A stretch of 64,000 nt of DNA from the human T2T-CHM13v2.0 reference genome, Homo sapiens. Below the pieces are notes generated by a model that was given only the letters and a program-made list of their open reading frames with translations, searched no databases and was not told where the DNA came from. Below, in pieces: positions 43,901 to 58,146 of this stretch (its first letter is position 1; each line of letters starts with the position of its first letter). The stretch lies in the NCBI RefSeq assembly GCF_009914755.1, contig NC_060926.1. One strand, written 5' to 3'. Both the position numbers and the translations under genes were made by a program.

Positions 43901-44539
43901 AAGCATTCCAATTGTGAAACAGTCAAAACTTTAAAAAGGAACAGAGTTATCTATGTATCTAGATGTTAATCTTTTGTCTTATTCTTGTCAGCTCTCCCTT
44001 TCTTTATGAAGACTTAGAGACAGAAAGACCCCACCTCCCTCTCTCTGCTCTCCTGAAGTTAGACTGTATCCTACAATTGTATGTTTCACATTTTTAAACA
44101 ATGCGTGAAAGCGCAAACGATACTGTGTTATAGACATTTTTTATATTGTAAAGTTATACATAAATGATATCCTACTCCTTTTTGTAATTTGCTTTTTCCC
44201 CACTGAACACTGTTTTTGAGATTTATCTATGTTGATATATGTAGGTTGTCTTCTTTTATACTGCGGAATAGTTTTCCATGATGTAAGTAAACCACAGTTA
44301 ATTTTTCCATCTCCTAGTTGAGGGGTAGTTGGGTTGGGTTTTGTTTTTATTTTTGTTTTTGTTTTGCTTTTTCTCTATTGTAAACAATGTTGCAAGTGAA
44401 CATCCAGCGCCCAAGTCTATTTGTGTCATCTTCTCTCTAATGTATTTACTTAAAAATAGGAGCGTTAGGTCACAGGATGTGTGTGTGTTCAGGACAATTA
44501 CTTAATTGCTTAAGTTATTCTCTGTCTCTGGATCCCCTG

Positions 44540-44700
44540 GGTTGCTGGTGCTCTAACTTCCCTGCATATCAGAATCATCTGATAAAACACAGATTGCAGA
44601 GTCCCACCCCTAGAGTTTCTGTTGTATTAGGCCTGAGGTGGGGGCCGAGGATTCGCAGTTCCCAGGTGGTGCTGATGGACCACACTTAGAGATCCACTGG
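44540..44700. mobile_element. MER5A-like hAT MITE
   Basis: CCCACCCCTAGAGTTTCTG...GAGGTGGGGGCCGAG...TTCCCAGGTG...GACCACAC. Confidence 0.65.
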
Positions 44701-45010
44701 GTTAGGTTAAAACCAAATCTCACTGGTGTAAAAACAACAAAGGCTCTTGCTCTCATTATCTAATGCTGGTCAGAAAGGCAGCTCTGACTATTTGTGGCCG
44801 CACCATCTTATGACATGATCTCAGCTCCAGGCTTTCAAAATGTGGAGGTTTTTCATTCTTGCATTGTCTTCTTATGTTTCCTGTGGTGCTGTTAAGCAAT
44901 TTGATGCCATTTGGATTCCTTATCTTTTATCTCTATTATTTTTTACTATTAATTTTTAAATTTTCTTTGTGGAAGTTTGCAGGATCTTTATCACCATTGG
45001 CCTGAGGATG

Positions 45011-45014
<4 letters not shown>

Positions 45015-45053
<39 letters not shown>

Positions 45054-45323
45054 TGAGACAGAGTCTTGCTCTGTCGCCCAGGCTACAGTAATCTCAACTC
45101 ACTGCAACCTCCGCCTCCCAGGTTCAAGCAATTCTCTGGCCTCATCCTCCCAAGTAGCTGGGATTACAGGCACCCGCCACCACGCCCAGCTAATTTTTGT
45201 ATTTTTAGTAGAGACGGGTTTCACCATCTTGGCCAGGCTGGTCTCGAACTCCTGACCTCATGATCCACCTGCCTCGGTCTCCCAAAGTGCTGGGATTTCA
45301 GGTGTGAGCCACTGCGCCCGGCC
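45015..45323 (-). mobile_element. AluS with a ~38-nt uninterrupted T tail
   Basis: TSD GAGGAT(G/A)TGCC; short deletion in the right arm. Confidence 0.92.
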
Positions 45324-46072
45324 GAGGATATGCCCTTTTTCCCCATGGTGATTGGCACTTGGTGAATTCTTTCATTCTGGAAATTTATGTCCTGTGCTAG
45401 GAAATCTTGAATGATTGCTCTGCTGTCTTTATTCTCTTCATTTCCTCTGTTCCTTCTCTCTGGGACTCCTATTTTGTCAGCTAAATTGGACCTTTTGGTC
45501 TACCCCTTAATTTTTTAAATAAAAAATTATTATATTTTCCTATATTTTCCATCTCTTTTTAGGTTTATTTTCTGGAAGGTTTATTTAGCTTCACACTCCA
45601 TCCTTTTCATTGCATTTCTGTCATCAAATTTTTAAATAATAAGATTTTTTTCTTAGAACAGTTCAAACTTGGAAGAAACTATGAATACACGGAGTTCTCC
45701 TATACCTCACACTTGATCCCTGCTACTGTTAGCATCACACTAGTGCGATACACGTGTTACAATTAATGAACCACAGTTAAGGCATTATTGACTAAAGCCC
45801 ATACTTCATTCAGATTTCCTTAGTTTTCACTGAATCTCTGTTTTCTATTCCAGAGTCCTACTAGGATATCGCATTACATTTAATTGTCTTGTTTCTTTGG
45901 GCTTCTCTTGACTATGACAACACCTCCGACTTTCCTCGTTTTTTATGACCTTGACAGGTTTGAGAATCTGGTCAGGGATTTTGTAGAATATTCCTCAATT
46001 GGGATTTGTCTGTTTTTCTCATGATTAGACTGTGGTTACGGGATGTGGGGAGGAAGAAGACCACAGAGGTAA

Positions 46073-46582
<510 letters not shown>

Positions 46583-46926
46583 TAGCCATGCCTATCTCCT
46601 TGAGGCCACCTCTTATCACACTTGGATTTCCTTATCCTCCTAAGAGTATTGTTTAAAATAACCTTTTGTCCTCCATTTATGGTTGCAATAGTTTTTCTGA
46701 TCTTTTGGAGGATATTATAGTTTTTTAGAAAGTTTTCCTAAACTTTCTACATGTTTCTTCAAGTTCCTTTTTATATGTGTGTTTTCTTCAGATTAGAATA
46801 TTTTCTTAAATGTTTGTTGATTCTTGGCTGTCTGTTCATATTTTAAGACTGGGATATTAAGAAGCCAGTAGAAAGTTCTGTGTAACACATTGGCTGGTGG
46901 GTAGCTTGCTTGCTTGTTTCACTAGC

Positions 46927-47427
46927 TGTAATTTTCTGTGACTGTTGTAAAAAACAAAACCAACCAACCAACCAAACAACCACATGCTTGGTGGCTTAAA
47001 ACAACATAAGTTCATTCTCTGACAGTTCTGAAGGCCGGACATCTGAAACTGGTATCACAGGACTGAAATCAAGGCATCAGCAGGGCTGTGTCCCTTCTGG
47101 AGGCTCTAGGGGATAATCTGTTCCCTCCTTCTTCTGGCTTCTGGTGGCTGCGGGACCTCCTTGACTTGGGGCCGCATCTCCAGTCTCAGCCTCTGTGCTC
47201 ACACTCCCTCTTCTTTTGTGTGTGTGAAATCTCCTGGTCCTTCTCTCTTATAAGGATACTTGCGATGGCATTTAGGGCCCACCTAGATGATCCAGGACAG
47301 CTGCCCCACTCTAGTATCCTCAACTTCATCACATCTGCAAAGACCCATTTTCCTTATAAGGCAACAATTCTGGGCCCCTGGGATTAGGACCTGATACCCT
47401 CGGGCGGCCATTACTCAGCCCACTGCA
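46927..47427 (-). mobile_element. MLT1-family MaLR solo LTR
   Basis: GGTGGCTTAAAACAACATAAG...CAGTTCTGAAGGCCGGA...TTCTGGAGGCTCTAGGGGA...CACATCTGCAAAGACC. Confidence 0.8.
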
Positions 47428-47709
47428 CCTGTGCCCCACTTGGCAGTACTGTATCTGTAATTTTCTCTTCATCGGTCCTCCAAAGAGAAATTCTCTGATG
47501 ATCTGCCCAGTTGCCAGTATTCTTGGTGCTGAGGGGCCAGTGGGGGCCAGGACCAGGGAGACTTCAGTTCAGTCTCTTCAGAGAGAGAGCCCAAGTCTTG
47601 TGCTGATGGTAGATAAGGGACAGCCAGCAAGCTTCAGGGGTGAGGGGCTCAGCCACAGGATTTACTTATTCCTTAAACAGACCTTTCATGAATTTTCCTG
47701 TTTGCTATA

Positions 47710-48111
47710 CCTCCCCTTCTTTTCTTCCTCCCTCCCTCCCTTTCTTCTCTCTCCTCTCTTCTCTGCCCCTCCCTTCTACCTCCTCTCCCCTCCCTTTCTT
47801 TCTTTCTCTCTCTCGTTCCCTCCCTCCCTCTCTCTCCCCCTCTCTTGCTTGCCCAGGCTGGAGTGGAGTGGCATGATCATAGCTCACTGCAGCCTTGACT
47901 TCCTGGGCTCTAGTGAACCTCCCATCCAAGCTTCCAGAGTAGCTGGGACCACATGCGTGCACCACCACACCTGGCTAATTTTAAAATTTATGGTAGAGAT
48001 GGGGCCTTGCTATGCTACCCAGGCTGGTCTTGAACTCCTGGGCTCGAGCAGTCCTCCAGCTTCAGCCTCCCAAAGTATTGGGATTACAGGCATGAGCAAC
48101 CGTGCCTGGCC
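47710..48111 (-). mobile_element. AluJ with a ~135-bp CT-rich (polypyrimidine) expanded tail
   Basis: ATCATAGCTCACTGCAGCCTTGACTTCCTGGGCTC AluJ diagnostics; near-pure pyrimidine tract at 47710-47846. Confidence 0.88.
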
Positions 48112-48316
48112 TACACCCCTACTTTCAATTTCTGGACCTTTCTGGGGCTCTCAGGCAGAGGGAACCAGCCCTGTTTCTGGATCTGGACTTGGTTTAGAGA
48201 TCCATTTTCTAATCTTCTCAGTAAGGTACCACTTGTTCATGACTTCCCAGTTTCCAAAATTTTGTCATTGTTGTGTTCTTGCAGGGTTTAATGCAACTAA
48301 AAGACTCCCTTTATTG

Positions 48317-48319
48317 GTG

Positions 48320-48350
<31 letters not shown>

Positions 48351-48352
48351 GT
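48317..48352. repeat. (GT)n microsatellite
   Basis: Direct dinucleotide run. Confidence 0.95.
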
Positions 48353-48399
48353 ACTTTGTGAGGGGCATGTGTTCAATCTGCCATTTAAAATTACATGTG

Positions 48400-48578
48400 G
48401 CTGTTAATGTGTGGTCCCAGCCAGCAATGGCAGCATCACTCTGGGACTTGTTAGAAATGCAAATTCTCAGCTAGATCCCAGACCTTCTGAATCATAAATT
48501 CCCAGGGTAGGGTCCAATAATCTGAATTTTAACAAGTCTTTATGAATTCTGATAGATGCTCACATTTGAGAACCACTG
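48400..48578. mobile_element. MER5A-like hAT MITE
   Basis: GTGTGGTCCC...CAGCATCAC..GGGACTTGTTAGAAATGCAAATTCTCAG...TTTGAGAACCACTG. Confidence 0.8.
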
Positions 48579-48711
48579 TTGTCGGGTGTATTGATTCTTC
48601 TCTTTTCCCTCCCTACTAACACACGGGCTCCCGGCTTAGAGTATAGAGTCCTTTGGCCCAGGAGCACCACCTTATGGCTGCAGGGATACCTGGAGGATGA
48701 TGGCTGACTTA

Positions 48712-48840
<129 letters not shown>

Positions 48841-49290
48841 CTAGGATCTGGAGATGGCATTAAGCATCTGCCCTGCTGGGAAAGTTGAGAAAGTGGCAAC
48901 AATATAGTCTACCCATTAAAGGTCTGAAATTAACCATGAGTCCTTGGCGGTTCAGGAGGAGAGCAGGGGCACACAGATCATTTAGTTAAGAACTTTGGTG
49001 TCATTTAATAGAAGACAAAACAAACCACGAGAGGCATGAGAGGAATGATCTATGCAATGACTAAGATACCTGCTAGCAGATGTTTAGCTTTCTCTGTTGG
49101 GTTTTGTTTATTATAGCTCACAATGAATAACATTACTCCAACCTTATAAGTATAGTGTGTTTCTGATGATCTGCAGTAATGCAAGATCCAAAATGGGAGA
49201 ACTGAGAGCAGGGCTTGTGTCTTAATCATTTTGGATCCTCTGACACTCACACAGCATTTAGTTCAGTATAGGCAATCAACCAGTAATCTA

Positions 49291-49529
49291 GACAGCTGTG
49301 TGGATGCTGCCTCCCATGACACACCCAGACAAAAGAACACAGGGCTAGGTGTGGAGTTGGCTTACAAGGTAGATGAGTTAATTTATTAGTTTTCATCAGT
49401 AATGTCATTAATGCAACTCACTGCTAAAAACCAATAAATTAACTCATCTGCCTGTTAGGCCAATTGCATGTCTAGCCTGGTGTTCTCCTGTGTGAGTGTG
49501 TTACAGGAAGCAGCTTCCTGCCAGCTGTC
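49291..49529. repeat. 239-bp imperfect palindrome (ancient MITE-like element, possibly MER135)
   Basis: Arms from GACAGCTG to CAGCTGTC are reverse complementary along their length; centre CATTAATG at 49406-49413. Confidence 0.88.
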
Positions 49530-49544
49530 GACATTAATTAATTA

Positions 49545-50130
49545 CCTCAATAAATAAGTACTGAATATTTAGTATGTATCAGGTACTCTGCCATGTGCTG
49601 AGGACATAAATAGGTCAGTCTCTCTCTCCCAAGGATATTGTTTAGTGGAAGAAATGGATATATATGCATTGCAATATAGAAAACACAGTAATGCAGGTAT
49701 GTGCAAGGCTCAGTGACACAAATGAAGAATTGATTCATTCTACTTGAGGCAGGGGTAGGGAAAGCTTCACAGAAGGGCACTGATGGAGCTGAGGAGAAAA
49801 GACGCTCTCCCAGAAGACCATTCCTGACCCGTGCCATTGTACAAAGTGCAGAGTAGGTGGGGAATGAAGGACTGTAGGTAACTTAGGGTGGTTGAAGCCT
49901 GGAGCTGGGAGCTGTCAGAGCTGAGCCTGGGAAGGAAAAGTCAGATAACAGAGGGCTCGAGGAGTCATGCTGCAGCATTTGTATTTGAAATGAGAGGCAG
50001 TCCCAGGGTATTCTGAGGAAGGAGAGGAAGGAACGCTGAGCTTGTGGGTAGTGTTAGAAGGCGAAGTGGAGCAGAGGAGAGGAGTGCGACGGATAGCAGT
50101 GGTAGACACTCCAGAGACGTCTTTACTACA
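49545..50130 (-). mobile_element. L2 fragment
   Basis: CAATAAATAAGTACTGAATATTTAGTATGTATCAGGTACTCTG...GGGAAAGCTTCACAGAAG. Confidence 0.65.
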
Positions 50131-50800
50131 TCTTCCACATGCTGCTGCCCCGTGGTAACATGATGGCCTCAGCATGCTCACCCCTGTGGGGACTGTTACC
50201 ATGTTTGATGGAGGCCTTCAGGGGTGGTGTCTGGATCAGTCTCACTTATTCCCCAAAGAGTTAAAGCTCCATATAACGATTGCTCCTCTCTCTACCCCTG
50301 TGAGTTAGGGAAGGGGTCATCCTGTGCAAGGAGGGACTTGCTGAGCTCACATAGCAAGTCAGTGTTGTAAATAATCAGGGAAAAAAAGGAACTAGAGGCT
50401 AGGAAGAGAAGAGTGAGAAAAAGTACAATTAAAGTAGTATTAGCTTTTAAAACTGAAAAAAAAAATAATTTTTAAAATGTAGCCTTGAAAATGTGACAGG
50501 GAAAAAAAAAATAAGGCTGCGCTAAGTACTGATGGGTTCTGCGCTATACTCCACATCTCCTGGGGTGGCTAAAGCTGAGCAATGAGCCAGGCCCTGCATC
50601 CTGCCCGACCTGGGATGCAGATGCCTGCGGTGTTAGAAGCCATAGCCACTTAGAATTCCTGAGTACTGAGGAGTTGAGGAAGTTCAATAAAGCTCACTTT
50701 GAAGGTCTTTCCACATCAAGTATCCAAGTTATCCCATGTCTCAGAGCATGGCCAGATTACAGTTGGAACCGATGGACAACCTAATTAAGAACTTGGTGTT

Positions 50801-51105
<305 letters not shown>

Positions 51106-51326
51106 GCTTGGTGTCAATTACTGCAGGAAGTGTGATCCCAGATTTAGGCCTTCGGGCATGGTCACTAATTAAGGTTTCCCATAGCCTGAAAAGGAACTTA
51201 GTGAAATTTTAGGTAGAAAGTTGACAGGGTACCAGGAGATGATGTAAGGGACAAGCAGCCACACCCCATTCTTGAGGGGCTGAGGTGGAAGAGACAGGCC
51301 CGGAGGGGTGAGGCAGTCTTTACTCA

Positions 51327-51482
<156 letters not shown>

Positions 51483-51915
51483 TCACTAGGATTTTATCTC
51501 CAAGCTGAAGTTTAAATAGTTCCTTCCCTTCCCTATATTTCCTTTAGTATAGTATACTTCAGTGTGAGAGAAACAGCCTTAACAATTCTAGGCCTCACAA
51601 CTAAGAGAGAAATGGAAAAGGATTAGGGGAAATGATTAAAAATGTTTAATGGGGCAACCATAATGAAATGCATCATACTAGGAACTAGGATTTATTAGCC
51701 TTTTACTAGGTGCTAAGTGTTGTTGTAAGTGCTTCATATCTAACTCTCACAACAACCTTATAAGACACAAGGTGCTATTACTGTCCTCATTTTATTTTTT
51801 AAAAAGTAAGCTAAAAGTAGATAACATAGGGCCATAAGGAATGCTATCTGGCCTTAGGCAGATTTGGTACAAACCACGGGTTGGTTTCTGCCAGTTGTTT
51901 GAAAAAGTGTTTTAG

Positions 51916-52240
<325 letters not shown>

Positions 52241-52699
52241 TATTATTATTAATTTTTAAAATAAGCCATTATGGTTCTTTTGTCCATGATTTTATCTAAA
52301 GCCCTTGCTAAGCTACATGGCTGAAGAATCGCTTCTTCCAGGTGATAAAGTTGTCATCTCTGCTGTTGACTATAGATGACCTGCTTTCCTGTAGCCTGCC
52401 TCTGAGGCATGGTCAACCGCTGTCCAAGACTCATCAGCTTCTACTCTCTGCTTACCATTCTGGTCATGCATGTAGGAATGAAGGATACAGCCAGAAGAAG
52501 TCTGGGATGGGTCTCTAATAATATTAAGGTCCTGTGCAGGAAAAAACAAGATGTACTTAGGGAGCACAGCTGCTGTTTTCATGTTCAACTGGTTTCATGA
52601 TGGTTCTGATCCTAGGTTGAGAAAGGACTTAGAGAATCAACTGGCTACTAGGATACTATTTAAAAAAAAGGATCTTGATTGGGGATCATGACTGAGGGT

Positions 52700-54110
52700 A
52701 CAAGAATAATGGGTTCAGGTAGGAGATTCATGTTGTTAATGCTGCTGACCTGATCCAGAAGGTTTAAGTTGAATTTTGAGGTGGTGTATAAAATGCCCCC
52801 ATAAAACCATAAAAGCATAACACATATGACATCAAAAAGAAAGAAAAATAGTTGGCTGTATAGCCGTTAATTTTCAAGAGAAATATAGCAAAGTAGACCA
52901 GGAACAATATTTATGGCTCCAGAAAAGTCTTTACACTGATGTGTATGGAATGGTTGTTTTAAAAAGTGATCGTGAATTTAATGGCAAGAAGGTAAATGCA
53001 GTACATAGAATACACCAAGAGTTGGGAGAGTGACACGTCATTTATGAAATGGCAATAAACCATGTCCAAAGGAAAAAGATCCAATTTTTTTAAAAAAATG
53101 GAAGCATGTGGATCTGGTGAGGAAGTTCCACTCTGAATTCCAAAAGCGTAAAAGTATACATGTGTGGAAGTCCATAAATCTTAAGAGCAGATAAAGGGTG
53201 GAGGGAGAGAGAGAATTCGAGGCAACTCTGTTGTGGGTATGTACCACAGACCTCTTAGCTAGTTAGAACATGTAAAAGACGTTTTTTCCATACAGATGAC
53301 CAAATTGCCCCAGAAGAAAAGATTTGATTGAGACAGTTTCTGCCAGAAGTTTTCTTTTGCTTAAAACAGATCATCTGATACCTTCTTGATTTGGTGTTTG
53401 ACAATTTAATTTCTTAAAAAGGAGAAAAGAGCAATAAATGATTACTCTGGGATCTAATTCTAACCTTCAGTAACTATTTCCAGATATGGAAGTGACAGGA
53501 GTCTTGAGGGAATGTAATCCTGTTAACATCATAGCAACAGAGCATTGGGTATCATCAAAATGTCTTGTGGCTGTAGGAAAGGAGATGTCAAAAGGTCAGA
53601 GGACAAATGGAAATGATCCCTCAGCCAGAGAATCTGTATGCTATGGTGACCAACGTGGGCAGAGATAAAAAACAAAAAACAAGTAGAAAAGATCCCAGTG
53701 CTAAGTGAAGGAAGACATCTGGCCACCAGGTGACGCGCGTTGCTCTCACAGGAGTCTAGACTTAAAGCACATGGACAAAGATGGAAAGATGACTCTAACC
53801 AAGGACGACTTCAAAAGGAGCACAGCTTGGTCTTGACTGAGCAATGGAATGGCAAAGCCCAGAGCTGAGATTTATGGAAAGTTCTGGGTACAATGCAAAG
53901 GACAAGAACAGGACTGGGGAGCGGGGAAAGGGCTGAAAAACTACCTTAAAAAAAAGAACAGAACTGATAGACTCTTAGAAGGAGCAGATGGTAAAGCTAG
54001 GCCCAGCTCCTTTTTGGCTTCCATTATTTCTATGAAGCAGTATGACCTGCAAGTTGGAAAGGGTTAGAAGCTGGAGGGAGAACTGAAGGCTAAAAGGATG
54101 AAGTGACAGG
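52700..54110 (+). mobile_element. Probable ancient CR1/L3 LINE remnant
   Basis: Degenerate translations RIRGNSVVGMYHRP, (W)DLILT and EVTGVLRE resemble CR1 endonuclease motifs (DIVVGVCYRPP, LDLILTN, VxGxLGxSDH). Confidence 0.5.
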
Positions 54111-54257
54111 AAGAGGATAAGCTCTTCTGAGAGTTGACTGCCTCATGTTAGGAGTGACTTTGGAACTTAGGCAAGTGTACTTCCTGACCTCTCATTTCCC
54201 CATTTTTATTAGGGAGAAAGCATAACTTGTTATATATTTGCATGATTTTCTATTTCT

Positions 54258-54547
<290 letters not shown>

Positions 54548-55261
54548 ATACTTTTCTATTTCTAAGCTCTTACAACATCTCTCATTTTCTCTTTTGTACT
54601 TACATATTTTAATTATTATGAACATGCCTTAAACTCTTAGAAGACATGTGTTAATAAATTATTGTGAGTTCACCAGGTTATTATTTACTACATTAGAGGC
54701 AAATCATTAAGGAAGAGCTTTGCAAAGAGCCTGATGATCTGTTTTACTTTTCTGATTTCAAGCTGTCAGCTGAGAAAGTCATCAGCTTTCACAAGGAAAG
54801 ACATACATGATATATGATGTTCACAGCATGATGTCCCAGTCTATACAGCTTTTAAACACAAGAATGATTGTAATAGAAGAAACTAAGTATAGAAGCAATG
54901 AAAATCATCTTTATGCTTCATTTCAGAGTATTTTAGAAAAAATTAATGTATCCAACAAACATTGTGTCTATGCCAAGTATACAAAGATGACTAAAACAGC
55001 ATCCTTGCCTATAAGCCACCCATTGTCAAAAATGCAATTCCTTAACTTCCCCATAAGGAGCCCAGTTTTCTATGGCAGGGGGAAGCCTTAAAGTGATATA
55101 GGACTTGAACATTCAAGATACAGGCAGGGGTCCTCACAGGAGGTTAAGAATAACTTATAGGTCTCCAGCCCTGGCGAGGATATTTTATGACACTTGTTTT
55201 ATGTAAGGGGCAAGTGAATCCCTGATAGAATAAGTTACCATCTCAAAGACAAAGCTGAAGG

Positions 55262-55396
55262 GGCCAGGAGCCATCGCTCATGCCTGAAATCCTAGCATTT
55301 CAGGAGGCCAAGGTGGGAGGATTACTGGAGCCCAGAAATTCGAGACCAGCCTGGGCAACAAAGTGAGACCCTGTCTCTCACAAAAAAACAATAAAA
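55262..55396 (+). mobile_element. FLAM-type Alu monomer
   Basis: Left arm only; TSD ACAAAGCTGAA. Confidence 0.85.
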
Positions 55397-55542
55397 CAAA
55401 GCTGAATCATCCTACATCCAAATGGCTCTGGAGGGAGACCTAGTATTCTGCTCTGAAGGGGGAAATGTGAGCCCTTGAGATCTGCGGGGAAGCACACAGA
55501 TCAGCGACAGGATGACAGGAAGAGCACAGTCACTTTGACTCA

Positions 55543-55680
<138 letters not shown>

Positions 55681-58146
55681 TCAGTGAGAGGAGGGAAATC
55701 TGAAATGCTGGCTTCCAGTGCTCACAAGGAGGCAGACCGTGAACATGCAGCTACACCAGGGGCCTCGGCCCTGGCTGCACATTAGAAATCACCTGGAGGC
55801 ATTTGAAAGAATTTGGATGCCTGGGCCCCAACCCAGACCTCTCTGGGTGGGCATAGTATTTGTACATTTGAAGTCTTCCCAGGTAATATGATGCCAGCGT
55901 GCAGCGAAGGCTCGGAACACCCAGACTCCGGGAAGCTAGGTTGGAGCAGGTGTTCTTTCCCTTTTAATTTATTGTGCACATTCTCTCACCCCAATCTTCA
56001 TAAACATTTGAATACCCCCAATTTATAAACAAGTTTGTGAGGAAACCACAGGGGAATAGGGGAGTTTTAAAAATCCTCGATTTAAATGTCTTAAAATATT
56101 TCTTAAAACTAATTTTCTTCAAGCAGATCCAGCGCTAAAATTGATTGAAAAAGAAAAGCTTTTGGGAAATGCTGGGCAATTATGAGCTATCTCAAGCTTT
56201 TCTGCATGAGGTCTCTTTCATTCAAAAGGAGATGTCACCTCCCTACCCCTCTGGGGACATCTCATCTTGGCTTCCTGGACAGCCTTGCTGAGCACAATGA
56301 AGCCTTTCCAGAAGGCGACATCCCATCTTGGCCTCTCTTTTAATTCCTAAATCCCTGACGTGTGCGGCAGCTCAGCTTCATGCAGTGTCCGAGTCACTGT
56401 GTTGTTCCATGTTGATTTCACCATTTCCCCAAGTCACGGTGATGAAGTTCCAGAGACAGGGATCTCACCCTCCCACAGCACCCAGCACAATGCTGGACAC
56501 ACACTGGGGGTTCAGTGAGTGTTGGGTGGCTGATTGGTTGATTATAGCTGCAGGCCAGGATTTACCTGGAGGAGTATGATTCACATACCTCCCCAAGAAA
56601 GCACACGCAGGTAGGGGGTCAAATCAATCCCCTTTAGGGCCGCCCCAAGAAAGGTGTTTGTTTAAGCTGGTGACTCTTGAGCAGCTGGGCAAACTCCCTG
56701 CAGGAAATTCATGCTTGTAGCTCTCCTATTTTGCTCTTCTTTTGAAGGGTGGGCTGAGGACTGGGCTCTTTAGTCCTGAGGTGCCCACAGGGAAGTCACC
56801 CAGCCAGGCGGCAGCGGTGGAACCAGGTGGGGTCTGGGTGCAGGCTTAGCCTGCTGGAGGTTTTTCTCTGCCATAGATCAGGGCCTCCCCAGGACTCCCT
56901 GGAGCAATGGCCTGGGTCTGGAGGAGGTAGACAGAGTCTTGCTTCTCTAGGCCGTGCTTCAGTTCTTGGGGAGACAACTGAGAGTGGATAGTTCCCCTAC
57001 CGGTGCCTTACATGCCCCAGAGCACACACATGATCTGCTGTGTGGTAGGTAGGGAAGAGAAGGTGATCTCCATATTAACGATGAGAAGGCTGAGGACTCA
57101 GAGAGGCTACCTGACTCACCCCAGGTCACACAGCTAATAAGCGTGGAGCCAAAGCTGCCCGGAGATGGGCTTTAAGGATCTGGGTTGGGAGAGGCATCCT
57201 CCCTCTTCCCTGGGATCCAAGGAGTTAAAATGGAAGAGAGAGTGCCTGAAGGGGGTTGGAGCGTATGTGACTACAGTGCCCAATGCACACCAAATGCAGA
57301 ATACAGCACCCACAAACGGCAAACACCACACTTCAGTGGCCCATTGAGCTGACCCGGGCTCCACCCTGCTGGCCTCTTCCAGGCCATGTAGTCTGGGGCT
57401 GGCTGCTCAGCCTCTCAGAGCCAGTTTCATCTGTGACAGTGGCGTGGGACTGTCGGTCTCCCTGGGTTGTCAGGAGCACCCACGCCAGCAGCCTCGGGCA
57501 GTGCCTCATCAGGGGACCCGAGGTATTGAGGGGTTTCCACATGGGAGACCAGGGGGACTCAGAAAATGGCTCCTTGTGTTTGGCTTATCCAGAGGCCTCG
57601 TTAGGGGCAGAGGGGGTACCTCTGCACAGGCGGGCAGCAGAGACTCTGATCATTCCCATCAAGCAGCACTCATGCCTGCATCATCCCTCCTGCGGCAAAG
57701 AGTTGGAATCAGGATTTTATCCCCATCTGCCGCTGGAGTGCAGCACTTCCTCGGACCCAGCTGTTCTTCTCATGGCCATGGTCGTGGGCCTTGCTGCAGG
57801 TGCTCCCCATGGTGGGTTTGCAGGATGGAAGAGCGAAATATCTTTTTGCTCTTCAGGAGCATGCTCTCTGTCCCTACCAGAGGAGGCCCTGGCCCTAGCT
57901 GTGCTAGGGCCTTGAGGAAGATTTTCTTCCTACCAGTCTCTTTGTGTCTTAGCATCCATCACTCAGGATGCGAGGGCCATAGATGTCTCGGAAGCCCCAG
58001 GAGCCTGGAGCGCTGTGGGGACTAAATCTCTCTGGGCATTAACTCACGGGCTAGGCTGTTATGGCCCCCTGTCCTTGGCTGCTCAGAGCAGATTAACTGC
58101 TCCACTAATCAGTGTGCACAGGGCAGACAGTCAGCAAGCGTGGGTT

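Noticed and set aside
47498-48361. Longest ORF in the track (287 aa, + strand)
   Set aside because: Made of a CT-rich tract, an antisense AluJ and a GT microsatellite; no domain; stop-poor by composition.
57283-58025. Overlapping 210-aa and 193-aa ORFs in ALK intron 23
   Set aside because: GC-rich intronic DNA; no recognisable domain or convincing splice or promoter context.
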